Under the pieces are notes generated by a model. The model did not search any database. It saw only the letters and a program-made list of their open reading frames with translations, and was not told the origin of the DNA. Made by a program: the position numbers and the translations under genes. A DNA stretch of 64,000 nucleotides from Schmidtea polychroa. Its lineage: Eukaryota. Shown in pieces: positions 47,317 to 60,859 of the stretch. Positions within the stretch are counted from its first letter, which is position 1, and each line of letters starts with the position of its first letter. The DNA lies in the NCBI GenBank assembly GCA_044892525.1, contig CM097885.1, positions 9,240,001-9,304,000 of the forward strand, read 5' to 3'.

Positions 47317-47835
47317 TGAAATTGTATTTGAAAATGTTATGAACTGTGGAGATGATGAATTTGAATGTGTTAATAAATTTTAGTTTGAGTGTATATTTAA
47401 AGTATAATATTTAGAATTTCTTTGTTAAAGTTTTGTCTTAAATATTTTTAGTAGTAACTTTGTGACCGTTACCCATAGGGGGACAGAATATCTTGTCGGA
47501 TAGACTAGGAGTATATATAATAATCATAATAATAATAATAATAATAATAATAATTATAATAATGATTAAAACTTTGAAAATAACATCTTTCGCGCGGACG
47601 TTAATATCATTCCCAATAATAATGATGATAATAATATTTATATATCAGTAGATAGATCTCGCACTGGGCCTTAAAATGAGCTATAGATCAATAAAATCTG
47701 TTGGTGGGAACATTAAGTTTTGAGCAAACGAAAACCAGGAGCCCGCCAGACCACTTAATATTATTTTTGAAAATAATAATAATTTATGAGTCATCGCATG
47801 AGTCATCGCATGAGGCATCGTTCTAAAAATACATG

Positions 47836-47868
<33 letters not shown>

Positions 47869-50800
47869 TTCTTGGGAGTTGTAATAATAATTCTTTGAAA
47901 ATATCTTAGTCATTATTAATAATACTAATAATACCCTAGCGAGTTGTTGATTGTGAGCAGTACCCTGGTGATCAGTACCCTTGTGAGCTGTACCCATAGG
48001 GGGACAGAATATCTTGTCGGATAGATTATATATAATAATAACAACTTCCACGCGTGCGTTAATATTTTAAAAGAAAATATTGAAAATTAAAAAATAATAA
48101 TATGTAATCAACGATTTAAACAAATTATATTATTACGTATTCGATAATTAAAACAAAAAATTATATAATCAATGATTTAAACAAAATTATATAATCATCG
48201 ATAATTAAAACAAAATTATTAGTTCTAAAAATAAGAGGCATCGTTCTAAAAATATGACGTAATCATTCTAAAATTAAGAGGCATCGTTCTAAAAATATTA
48301 GGCATCGTTCTAAAAATATGACTTAATCATTCTAAAAATATGTGGCATCGATTACGTAATAGTTCTAAAAATATTAGACATCGTCCTGAAAATATGTGGC
48401 ATCGATTACGTAATAGTTCTAAAAATATAAGGCATCGTTCTAAAAATATTAGGCGTCGATTACGTAATAGTTCTAAAAATATTAGGCATCGTTCCAAAAA
48501 TATTAGGCATCGTTCTAAAAATATGATGAGTCATTGTCTTTGTTCTAAAAATGTGATGAGTCATCGTATGATAAAAATCTATATCTCATTAGAAAGTTCT
48601 TGCACAGAGCTTTAAAATAAGCTATCGATCAATATAATATGTTGGCGGGAACATTAATCTTTGGGATGAAAAAAAGTGTGAGCCCGCTGGGCCAATTAAT
48701 AATATTTTGACAAATAATAATAATTTAACTTTGAAAAGATGGTGGTCATTAAATGTTAATAACATTAAAACTATTAAAGATATATAAAATACCTATAGCA
48801 CATCTTAAAGGTCTGGGACTGAGCTTTAAGATGAGGTATCGGTCAATAAAATCTGATGGTGGGAACATTAACTTTTGGGATGAAAAAAAGTGTGAGCCCG
48901 CCAGATCACTTAATTTAAAAAAAAAATTACGTAATAGTTCTAAAATGTTAGGCATTGATTACGTAATAGTTCTAAAAATATGTGGCATCGTTCTAAAAAT
49001 TTTTTTTTCCGGGGGGGGTGGGGGGAGGGGGTATGTGTCGTGGCGGGCTCCTGATCTGGGGAGCCCACATCATACTACTCCCGAGACAATTGAAAACACG
49101 AGTGATGTAAGAGAATCTGAATGGTCAATCAAATTAGTAGGAGCAATTAAATCAGGAGACTAAAAATTAAATTGGCCAAGTCATCAAAAAAACGAGCAAA
49201 TTCCTCTATGTAATTAGTGTAACAAGAGGAAGCCCAGGGGAAATTCGATCCGAAATAATTTAACACAGTAAAATTAAATTACGAGATGGATATAAAAGTG
49301 ACCGACAAGTAAACAGAATTGCCAGTAGGTCGAAGAAAAGTAAACAAATAATTTAGCGAGAGTGAACAAAGAAAATTTTGAATTTAGTGATAACAGAATA
49401 TTTTCAAATCAAACTTACCAGAAATCTCCATTTTAAAAGATTAAAGTTTTAAATTGGTATTGAAAAGTGCATGGCAAAGAAAGATGTTTTAAGTGTGGTT
49501 GTGTCAATAAATAATGTAATCAAAGTGTATTTATATTCGTCTCGAATAAAGATTTTTGTGTTGGGTTGTTTAACTTAATTTCAAAAAGAACACAAAGAAG
49601 CCAGACAGTGATACTGACTAGCACAAAATATCCAACAATATTATTATTTATAAATAAATTGTACATACAGAACATAAATTATTTAAAGTAGGCTGCAGAC
49701 TTGTTTCGTGCGTTTTGTCACAGAAAGATTTTGGTTGAAAGATATTTCTATTTGACAATTTTATAGGTTATGAAACTTATCGGGCATATTTCGACGAATG
49801 TTAAAGTTTATAAGAAAAGAAGATTGATTCATTTCAGATTCTGAAAGAGGTATAATTAGCTTTCATTCCCTACCAGTCAAGATAGACGAAATTTAGCATG
49901 TTTCATTAAGTTACTTATTTCATCTAAAGATTCTTAGAACTGTAAAGTATAATGTTAAAGATTTCTATTAAAATAGCATCTAAAATGAAGGTTGTCATAA
50001 TAATTGAATTGTTTTTTCACCAACTATTAGTGTGCTTAAATTTTGAAAAGACAATTTTGTGGAATCTTGATAAAACCTGTATATATAAGGTTTCATATAA
50101 GGTTTCTGTTAAATGGTTCTCCAAAAACCATGTAACGGCTTTACAACTTCAAAGTAATCGAAATGTAAGAACCTTCATATCGGGCTCAGAGAAGGCCATT
50201 GCATTAAGGAGTGAATTATCGATATCTCATATATGGACCATTTAAAGGAAACCTTATATGAGACCGGTGACGCTTAACAGATAAGGGTTCAAAATAAGAA
50301 TTATCCAGAATAAAAATTACCAAGATTAAAATAGTTTTATATAGAAAATTATGCATCAAAATTTTATCTTTGCCGGAGAAAGGCCTGATAGTTCATTAGT
50401 TCTGCAAAACAATCAACAACTGAAAGTCTAAAAGATTTGATTAAAAAATAATTTAATGTAAAATTTCTTTCCACATAATATAATGGGGGATCTCTCACAT
50501 CGCCTCCCATATGGATCCGCCACTGGTCGACCAAGTAAAATTAGCATTTGACAGTGAACATGATAGTAGTCAAAAAGAAGAGAGTGAGACTGAACATTAT
50601 TTGACCGATAAATTCGATATTTTCGAAACTGTGAAATTATTCTGAAACATTTGGGAACATTTTAAATATTTATTATTAAAATATTGTTATACGGTATCGT
50701 TACTTTAGAACTGTCATACAAGGTTAAACTTCCTGGACACTATAGTAAATTATTTTTATGTGTAATAAATGCAATACAAAAAACTTTGCTTGACTTACAT

Positions 50801-51410
50801 GGGAGAACCAATGTGCACAATTCATTGAAACCAGTAAGATTGGGTGTCGAAGTTTTGAGCCGTCATGATATAAATCTTCTAACAAGCGAAGGATTACTAA
50901 GATCTTCATTTGGGCTGAAAATTCAATGTTAAGCAATGATCTTTTGGAAAAATATGATAGAAAATCTTTCTGAGATGGCAAAATCAAAATAGTTACTTCG
51001 AATTAAAATTATATACATTTTTGAAATGATTCCCTTTTTAATTATGTTCTATTTTAACTAATTTGATGTAATTATACAAAATAATTAAAATTAGAGAAGT
51101 TGTTGCTTATATATTTTTAATTTTTTTTTATAAATTATTTTTATATTTTTCACAGTCCACCCTTAAAAGGTTAATTTTTCATTTAAATTGCAAGACATTT
51201 TTTTTTAAAATAAAAAAAATTTTCAAAAGGCTTTATTAAATTTTTAATTTTGATTTAAAACATTCAATATTCGTTTCAGTAAAATTCGTTTCTTAAAATT
51301 TTAAATTAAATTGTTTTAACACTTAAATATTTTATTAAATTCAAATTTTTTATATTGACAGTCAAATTTCAAAGATTTGCCATTTTTATAGCACATTTAT
51401 TTTATGGTAG

Positions 51411-51990
51411 ATGTTTAATCTAGACGACGTTGATGTTGATTTCAACGATGAGGTCATTTTGCTTTATCCAAATGGTGATACTCATTTAACTATTTCAGAT
51501 ATTTGATGATTTCAAGTCTAAGTCGTCGTTGAATCTAAATAAATCGAGTGATAGAGGAACTTTGTCGTACGGAATTGGTACAAGCTCTGATGAAATCTGT
51601 TTGCCCAAAAAACTTTGTTTGGGTAATTCTAAATTACAAAGTCAAATATCTATCCTCAGCAAGGCTAATGATACTCAAAATATAAAAGACTATCAAGAGA
51701 AACATTCCAACACTCAAAATTTTCAATCATTCCTTCAAAAAAATTTATCTCAAGAACGTGATATTGATTCTCCTTCATATTCCCCTATAACATCAACCCA
51801 AAAAGAAATAGATATCAGCAAAAGGGGCTATTTATTTGATAGTACTAACAAAATATCTCCTATTAAAATTAAGCCTGGAATTTGCAGTGAGTTAAAAAAA
51901 CCAGGTTCTATATTTTCTACCGATAAAAAAATATCACACGTCTCAGTGAATAGCCAGAAATTCCCAGGACCAGCTGGTAATTTGCCAAAG
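51411..51990 (+). CDS. 5' coding exons of a probable HROB (MCM8IP/C17orf53) ortholog, partial
   Basis: Exon 51411-51452 (MFNLDDVDVDFNDE), a 46-nt GT-AG intron, then exon 51499-51990 in frame, ending KFPGPAGNLPK before a GT donor. FPGPAGxLP plus an acidic N-terminus recalls HROB. Downstream exons not identified. Confidence 0.55.
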
Positions 51991-52099
51991 GTAATTTGTT
52001 TTTTTATTTTATATTATTAATAGTTTTTATTTTATTAATGTATAACAATTAAATTCTATAAAGTTAATTATTTTGTTTCATCATTGACCCGTTTTATTC

Positions 52100-53050
52100 T
52101 TAAATGAATTATTAATATCATTTTTAAATCTGTTGAAAACAAAAATTCTACATGTTTATTATATCATCTACCAAATAATCCAGTAAATAGATTTGTGTCA
52201 GCTGGAAGAGATTCAGTTTTTTGATCTAGTAAATGAACTATCACGTGGTATTCTATCCGATAAGCAATAGTAGTTTTCATCAATTTTTAAATAACTAAAT
52301 CCTTCATGAGACTTATAAATGGAGATCATTGTTGTTTTGTTCAATCAACGATCAATCGTTGGAATATGAAATCAAACCGGTCTATATCATGTCTTAATAA
52401 CAGCAATTGAAGTTCATTGCCAAATTGTTCCTTGATATATTTCTGGAGAATGCCGATTCTTATTGGCGATTTGCAAAACAATTTAACAATAGTTTTTATT
52501 ATTCAAATCAAAGAGTGTAAAAATTCGTCATTTCCATCTACTTATTTCCTTCTCCAACCAGTTGAAACCCATTGCTTTCATTTGCGTTATTAAAATCGCT
52601 CAGTTTCGTCTTCATCTCTTGTATGGATTTGGGTTCGTATTTCTGCGATACAAATTTTGTTACTCGCATGAACTCAATTTTTCCACCTTTTCATAATGGA
52701 GGCGATATTAGTTATAAATCACACAATTATTTGTTTAAATGTAAATAACATTCCTTCAAATAGTTTGATGAAGCTCTCTATCAGCATCGACACAGCACTC
52801 GACCCAAACCAAGATTAAAAAACTGATTATTAGTGTGTATGTTGGTATTCGAATAGTGACAATTTTTATTTGAAGTCCACTTTTCGTTTTAAAACTATTC
52901 ATCTTCTTTAACTCCAATTGTTCTTGAAGATTCCGAAAAATCAAGCCTACGAGCACATTTCTGTTGACCCGATGAAACTGATGAATGGTAAACAATCAAC
53001 TCTAGTCAAAAATGGCCAACACCGCTTAAATTGAGTTGTTTTTTGAAGAT
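52100..53050 (-). mobile_element. Degraded hAT transposase remnant
   Basis: VKLFCKSPIRIGILQKYIKEQFGNELQLLL at ~52390-52490 is homologous to the hAT segment at 63479. Confidence 0.5.
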
Positions 53051-53187
53051 TACCTTCTTAAATTTTCAGTAAAGATAAGGACAGAATACTAATTTTGCGC
53101 TGCCTATTTATATTAATTTCCACAATTATTAACGTAAATTTTATTTATTTTTCAGCTGATATATATATATATATATATATATACATA

Positions 53188-54296
53188 CAGGGTTTTTCAA
53201 TTGAATTCAGAATTTTTTCAAATGAAATCAGAATTTTTTCAATTGAAGTCAGAATTTCTTTAATAGAAATCAGAACTGTTTTAAATTGAATTCAGAATTT
53301 TTATGGGTAATAAAATATTATATACACTTTAATCGGATTTAATTGCGGCGAATAAGGTGGTAAAAAGCGTAACGTAAATCCAGAATTGTTGATCAAATCG
53401 CGTACGCCAACACTTTTATGTATTGTACAATTATCCATTATAATCGTACCTGTCGATAATCCTTTCGATCGTAGATTTCCTATAAATTGGGAGACAAAAT
53501 TTGTAAACTTCTCTGCATTGTATCCACCTTTTACAACTTCAAAATTCAAAATCGACATTTTGCTGATTGCTGCGCACACTGAATAGTTTTTACTTCGTAT
53601 ACTTCCCACTTCTTTGCGAGCAGGCGACCCTACTTCGCTTCGTCCATATCCCAATCTCATCGAGCAATTGAAACCGCTTTCATCAAGGAAAAAGACATGG
53701 TCCTCGTTTAATGCCAAATATTCATTGGCATACTCATACCTGCACTCAATAGCTTCCTCAGTGTTGCGGGCAGCGGGAATTAAGGCTACTCGTTTAAAAG
53801 AGAAATTAAAGTCTTTGATTGACCTATGAATTGTGGCCAACGATACGTTAACATTCATAGACTCACTCAAACTTCTTTTCATACCTCTCATCGGAAATTT
53901 TTTCTTTTAGAAAAACTAAATGCTCTTCGCTCAATTTTTTTGGACTTACACCCTCTATCTTCCATTTTATCAATCCTTCCTGTCGTCTTGTAAATGCTAA
54001 TAATACTATAAACAGTTTTATAGTTCATAACGAGATCTGCAGCAATTTTTTTTACACTTTGGTCGGAATCAAATTTGATACATATAAGTTTTCTCGCAGC
54101 ATTGCTCAATTGTGATTTTTTTGTTGGAGGTGTCTTTGATTTTGAAAAATATTAATATTTTATGGATATTATATATACATATTTGAATTTGATTTCGTTT
54201 AAAACAGTTCTGATTTCATTTGAAAAAAATTCTGATTTCATTTGAAAAAATTCTGATTTCATTTGAAAAAATTCTGATTTCATTTGAAAAACCCTG
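53188..54296 (-). mobile_element. IS630-Tc1-mariner (DD34E-type) transposon, inactive
   Basis: TIRs CAGGGTTTTTCAA... built from 21-bp tandem units, TA flanks within (TA)n. HTH ORF 53888-54109 is frameshifted to the catalytic ORF with FLDES, MDN and LPPYSPQLNPIK (E to K at +34); C-terminus truncated. Confidence 0.9.
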
Positions 54297-55339
54297 TATA
54301 TATATATATATATATTGACGTCAGTAAATTATTATTATTAAAAAAGAAATTTAACAGAAAAATATTTTTACTACGATTTTTAATTATTCCAAATCACCAT
54401 ATGTATAATTTTATATTATTAAGGTATACATATAATTATAATTACTGCATAAATTAAAAAAATAAAACGTTAAATTTTAAATAAATCAGAATAAATTATA
54501 TATAACTTTCAATAGATAAATATATACAAAAATAAAACATGTATATTAGATGATAGGGGCAGGCCCATAAACACATTTGTCGTAACAAGTGATTATTGGA
54601 CTAGGGTGAATATTTATTAATTTATTATATTATTATTAAATATTTATTAATTCTAAAATTCTATAAGAACCCTCCTAAATGGTATAGATATTAATGTAAA
54701 TTATATTTATCTTATGTTAAAGTTTGAAATTGGAACCCTTAAAGTTCATAGCTGATCAAATAGCGTACTTGTTAATAAATACATTGATGTAAATCGCTTA
54801 ATTATATGTTTTTGAATCTAAAATTATAATTTGCAATTTTTATTTTTGACCCCCCTCTTATAAAGTACTACTACCATTAATCACATCCTAATTGCATTAA
54901 TGAAATTACTTATTTATATATGCTTGACTAAATTTTTGTCTTTAAAAATTATAATTTATAAATTTTATGTATGACCCCCTTCAAGTAAAATGACCATCTT
55001 GTCCTAATCACACTAGTATAAATTAATTAACTTCAAAAAATTTTCTTTTAAGTGATCCCCTCAAATACTCCAGTTACTCTGTGTGGCTCAAACACATAGG
55101 ATCAGACCATATTCGCGTATATTTCCACTTACACTACATTTAAAATTATGAGTTATAGACCCCCCTCAATTGCTGTAGTCGTCAACATGCTATTTAATTA
55201 CCCCAAGTTAACTTAATTCGGTGCATATTTAGCTTCAGTTAAGCAAAAATCGAAATGTAAATCCTCTTAGATAAAAATAAAAACAATATTTATCAAAAGC
55301 AATTAAAAGAATAAACTGAAATAAAAAAATTTTATTGAA

Positions 55340-55730
55340 TAAATAGTTACACCAGATGAGATAACCCAAGAAATATAGACGCGGCCGAAACAACGGCGGT
55401 TATTAGCAAATTGAAATCCAAAGTGTCTTTAGACGCCAGAGTTAACTGATCTTGTAGAGAAACTGCACAAATAATAGACGTTGAATCAAGACTGGTCGAA
55501 TGTCGGCAACTAATTCCATCCGTGCCTAGTGACGACATCATAATCGTGTTCAGAGAATAGACGTCTATTACAGTTCCCACGATTACATTATACTGGACTC
55601 AGTAAAACGATGGAGGTTCATTTTTGTGATTCATGTTCATATAAGGACCAAATTCGTAATCGAACCGCGATATTCCAGCTCATGAGACAGAGGTAGGAGA
55701 TTGAATCCCGTGATACGACATTGTAAATAT
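55340..55730 (-). mobile_element. Possible LINE ORF2 relic
   Basis: SSLGTDGIS...L...TAVV resembles the KSxGxDGI...AxV segment preceding non-LTR RT; weak. Confidence 0.25.
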
Positions 55731-56159
55731 AAAGGAGTTTGAATTCTGAAACGGCAATGTATAATAATTAATTCTTTTTATATTAATAATGTTACTAATA
55801 TTTAATATTGATCAGGTATTTGAAATTAAGTATATTTAACATTGGTTAATATATATTATTTATAATAATTAAACAAATTTAGAAGACGAAATTGATCTAC
55901 AATAGTACCTCCTAAGTGGTGATTTAATTATAATCTTATCAGCCCGCAGTTTAAGAGAAATATATTTTTTTGTAACTCAAGTATAAGTTCATAGTTTGAT
56001 TTTTCACTCACTTTTTGCGAGCACTCACCCACTTGATACATTACCAACGTTGATCACTCATCGGGTATCAATTGGTAGGATCATCATTGCATTCTGGGTT
56101 ACGCTGGTAACAGCACGAAAGGGTAAAATGTTTGACTACCTGTAACCCACCACAATTAA

Positions 56160-56991
56160 TGTTTCTGAAACGGATAAACCATACCCGAAAATCAGCGGTT
56201 TTCTTCTCGTGTATTCGAATCCGATATCCGTTAACTAATTTAAAATTAGCTGGGTATAAAATTTCAAATTTCTTGATCATTCAAATCCAATATTCGTTAA
56301 ACTTCTTTTTAAAAATTCGTTGGTCATGAAATATTAATATGAGCATTGAACATTTTAACCAAATTTCTAATGAAAAAGCAGAATGTAAAATATGCAAAAC
56401 AAAGAATTCAAACAGCAATGGCTCTACTGGTGCAATGATAAACCACATAAAAACAAGAATAAATGAATAAACTTTGTAATGCTGACAGTGAAATAAGTAA
56501 AACGTTATTGGAGAACTTGGCAAGAAGAATTGCTGAACGCACAAATAAGAATTTAATGAATCTACTCAAATCATTGAATGATTCATCGCATGTTCCATCA
56601 AAACATGAATTAGACAAAATAATGTAAAGGATTTTTTCAAATAAGTTAAACTAAACAGAAAATAGCAGTGAAATAAATGAATATGGAAGAACTGTTAAAA
56701 GTTATACAAAATTCAGTATCAAGAGAATCACGAATCAGGGGTAACCATTTCCATATTAAGAATATAAAACAAGAGTTTATACTAATCCGCAATACAGGAA
56801 AACGAACCGAAAAGTTGGAAAAACTATTTAATACTATTTGTTCAATCAAGCCAACAGCAACAGATCGTAAGTGGGTATTTTCGATATCAGCTAGTTTCTG
56901 TACCAAAATCAGATCACGATTATCTGATAAATCATTGAATGCGCTTGTATTTCCCAAATCGTTTTATTTCAAATTAAATAAAGATTTATAA
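56160..56991 (+). mobile_element. Internally deleted hAT remnant
   Basis: BED-finger relic (EHF....EKAECKICK....GSTGAM..H) and hAT dimerization relic (IKPTAT...VFS......KIRSRLSDKSLNALVF). Subterminal ATCCG motifs shared with ~63100-63190. Confidence 0.65.
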
Positions 56992-58030
56992 AAATTAAAT
57001 TCAAACATTTTTTGCGGTTTTTATCATATTGCATCCTTCTTTTCTGATTTTCGAATTTTTGATTGATATCTTTCATTTGTTCCGGTTTATTTTTTCTACT
57101 TTTTGGCAGTGCTCCTTTCTGGTGTCATCTGTATCAACCGGTCAAATATATGTTTATGTAGTTTCGGTTCAAATAAACAAAATATAATCGAACAGCCTGG
57201 GAACAGCTATTCATAATGATAAGTGGCAATTTACAGATAATAATGCGGTATATGAATGAGAGTCCAAACATACCTCTTTGTATCTGGCGCTTCTACACGA
57301 CATTTAATTTTTGCGAATTATCGTTATTAAATAATTCCTAAAATTTATAATAACAAAATAAAATATATATTCCCGAGTGCTGCCCACGGTAAAAAAATAA
57401 TCCGATAGTTGAAACAAAGTAGTTTAACCACGGTTAAAGCAATTCTGAAAAATAGAAAAAAATAATTATTAATATCTTTGGATTTTCTCCAATTTTCAAA
57501 TTTCATAAAAATGATATCATATCATATCATTTAAAAACCAAATTGCGAGTCTTTAAACTGTATTTGTTCAAAAACAAAACGAAATGATAAATAAAATATG
57601 ATAAATTTCCTTTGTTGATTTTAACAATAAAAATTATTTTCAATAAGTCATTAATTCAATTATGCTTTAATTTTATTGGTCAGATCTTTGTAACAGTCAC
57701 AGTGAACCGTAGTTGCAGAGGTAAGTAGGTTTGAAAAATAAATGAACACAGCACACACTATTCCTATAGTAAAAACTCAAAAATGTACAATATAATTCGT
57801 CACGTCGAATCGCGTTTTCATATTTAATTTTTATTGAAAATATTTTTGAAAAATAAATTTTTCCTTTGCTCCAAATAATGGTAAATTCTTATAATAGAAG
57901 ACATAAGGAATTAATCATGGAAAAAGAGCATAAGTAAAATAACTACCTCCGTTTAAGCGTCTGGGATATCCTGAATTCTTGGTTATGGATATTTTTCTGG
58001 CACTGTGACTTGGTTAAAAATTATGTCTAT

Positions 58031-58245
58031 GTCATATAGTCTCCATAAGCCGTTATGGTTCTTCACCTAGAGGGCTTGTAAAAAATCTTTTATTAAAAAT
58101 TATGAATTATATTAAGAATTATGTTTGTCACATAGTCTCCATGAGCCGTTACGGTTCTTATCCTAGAGGGCTTGTAAAAAATCTTTCATTAATGACAAAA
58201 ATTTTTATTGGTAGTGTGATTATTGAAAGATTTTTTACAAGCCCA
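58031..58245. repeat. ~60-bp direct repeat (58031-58090, 58127-58186) with a partial inverted copy (~58227-58245)
   Basis: GTCA.ATAGTCTCCAT.AGCCGTTA.GGTTCTT..CCTAGAGGGCTTGTAAAAAATCTTT occurs twice; AAAGATTTTTTACAAGCCC is its inverted end. Confidence 0.7.
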
Positions 58246-60806
58246 ACTGCATGGCCCGACCCTAGGGAGTTTCTGCTGAACATACCATACCTCTAGACTC
58301 TAGATGAAATTGCACCTTCAGTGGTTTGACAAGATACAAAAATAATAGTTAACGGAAGTTTGATTGGTATTCATATATTCAAAAATTGCAAAACCTCGTC
58401 AGTTACATAATACTCAATGAGGTATGGTATGTCCAGAAACGAGAATTTGAGAGGTTTCTGACACCAATATTAAGTTTGTCATAAGAATTCATAGGCACTC
58501 TTAATTGCTTGTTTTGAAATGATTGTATTATATTAACTATAGGTTATCGATGTCAACATATTCCCAATTTTATTAAATATCGGTTGAACGATTTTGGATT
58601 CATCGTTACTTATAATATTTATATTTTCTTAAAATAATTTTTTTGCGCCTATTTTATTTAGCAAATTTTTTGATTATTATTTTTTACTTTTATTTATCAG
58701 TTGAACGTTATTTGAATTGATAATAGTAATATTTGTATTTATATTTATATTTCTAAAGTTCTTTTATACTAAACGCAAATTTACATTTGCTTTATATAAA
58801 TATATAATACCATTAAACATGAAATTTTTTAAATTTTTTGTCGTAAAAATCAATTTTGAAAACAACACCAAATTTAAATGATGAAATTATGCGATATAAC
58901 AAAGGAAACAGGACAATTAGAATGTTAAGAAATGCATTTAGAAGCTTTTTTAATTATCAAAAAAATTGCACAAAAATACAGAAACCCACAATTGCTCTTA
59001 CAACCACCCACTTAATAATTTTTATCTGCAAAATTCACATAACTGTGCACTATTATAATGCGTACTAAATGGTGTAACAAAAAACAAAATAAAAATTAGC
59101 ATTAAATTTTCCCACTTAATTTTTTTTTATTTGATGTAAATGTCTTGCTATCGTAGTCTGCTTATATTCGACGTAGAATGATAAATATTTAGTAAATGTA
59201 ATAATTTATATATTATAACTTATAATTTAATAGAACTTCAAAATAGACATCTCCCACGTGGATGTAATGTCATATGATAGGCTACCACGATACAGACAAT
59301 AATACCTCGAGTAGGTTACCCAACTAAAATTCACTACTAAAACGGGAATCTTGGAGAGCCATCTCTGAAATTAGACAAATTAAAAGGGGTCAAAATTAAT
59401 TTACCCATTAAATCCCAGTTGATGAGGAAGCCACTTACAACCACTATGGTCAGGGATTGCCAAGAACCGAATATAATTTCAGGCACTTGACAATACACAC
59501 TTCCCATAATGTTAGTAGAATATTTAAATTCTACTTTGAGAATGATGAGAAAAACAAACACGAGCCGTTACTTCTCAAATAAGTCTCGTTATTAAATTTT
59601 AGCTAAATTCTCCTTAAAAATCCAATATTTTGTAATCACTAAAACTTCGTATTCAGCTACTTCATGTATATTTATGTAAACTGAAATTTACTTTCAAAAT
59701 TTTCGAAATGTTTATTATTTAATAATTAAATTAGAATAGTAAATCAATTTTGTTTATTTCGCAAATAATTAAAAAATATTATTAATATATAATTAATATA
59801 ACTTTTTTTCAACCTAGTATATAATAAATTTAAAATTATAATTTTTATTTTATAAATATAAAAATACCAAATAATTTTTTTCACAATTAGATATATTGTA
59901 AAAATATTCAAACTGTAATTGATAGACTTTGTGTTGAACTGGCTTATAATTTAGTTCTTTAGTTATTAGTTATTATTAGGTGATGTAGACCTCTGTAGTA
60001 GTGGGCGACATAAGAGTGTCGTCGTAGCTTTTGCAGGATTTTCCGATTGATTGGGTCTGATGATGTAACGGGAAGACATTATTCTTCCGTGATAGGCACG
60101 GTTGCTATCTTTTTCGTGAGCGTCGCCTGTACATAGACTTTGTGCAAAGCCTCTGATTATTATTTGATGAGCAGCCGCTGAGACCGCCTCTTCTCTATTA
60201 GACTATCGCGGCAATGTTCTACTCTGGATAGTTTTGTCCGCTTTTCCTTTATTTGCGTGGGCGCGAACCACGTCCCCGGCTATTTCTGGCTATTAAAGTC
60301 GATTTTACCTAAGCTATATTTTGATTATAGTGAACATTAATATTATATTTGCTCCTTATCTATATTTTCGTTATAGTGAAAATTAAGACTTATATAGTTA
60401 TTTTTATAAAATTTGGACCAATCAGAGCAAGGCGTCTACTTTTTAACTGTTTCAAGTTTTGTGTATATTTCCTAATTTTTATCTTTTTCTAATTTATCTT
60501 TAATTATTATTTTAAATTTTCTCTTATTCTTAATTTATTGGTGTTTTCCTATTTATTTAATGTCTTTCTATCCGTCATTGATGTTTTAAAATCGTTTATT
60601 TTCTGTTTTTATTTAATTTTTGTTTTTTCTTATTTTTTACATTAATTTTGGTATTGTATTTTTTGGTCGATTGTTATTGTTTTCCTTTTCTCTATTTATG
60701 CTACTAATTAGGTTATTTCTCCCTATTTCTCGTTTTTAGCCCAACAATTTATTTAAATTTTATTTAATTATTTTTTTAAATATTGGAATTAATTAATTTT
60801 CAATAA

Positions 60807-60859
<53 letters not shown>

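Noticed and set aside
60050..60110. CTGATGA followed by a stem-loop, a possible hammerhead ribozyme
   Set aside because: No GAAA core after the stem and no stems I/III.
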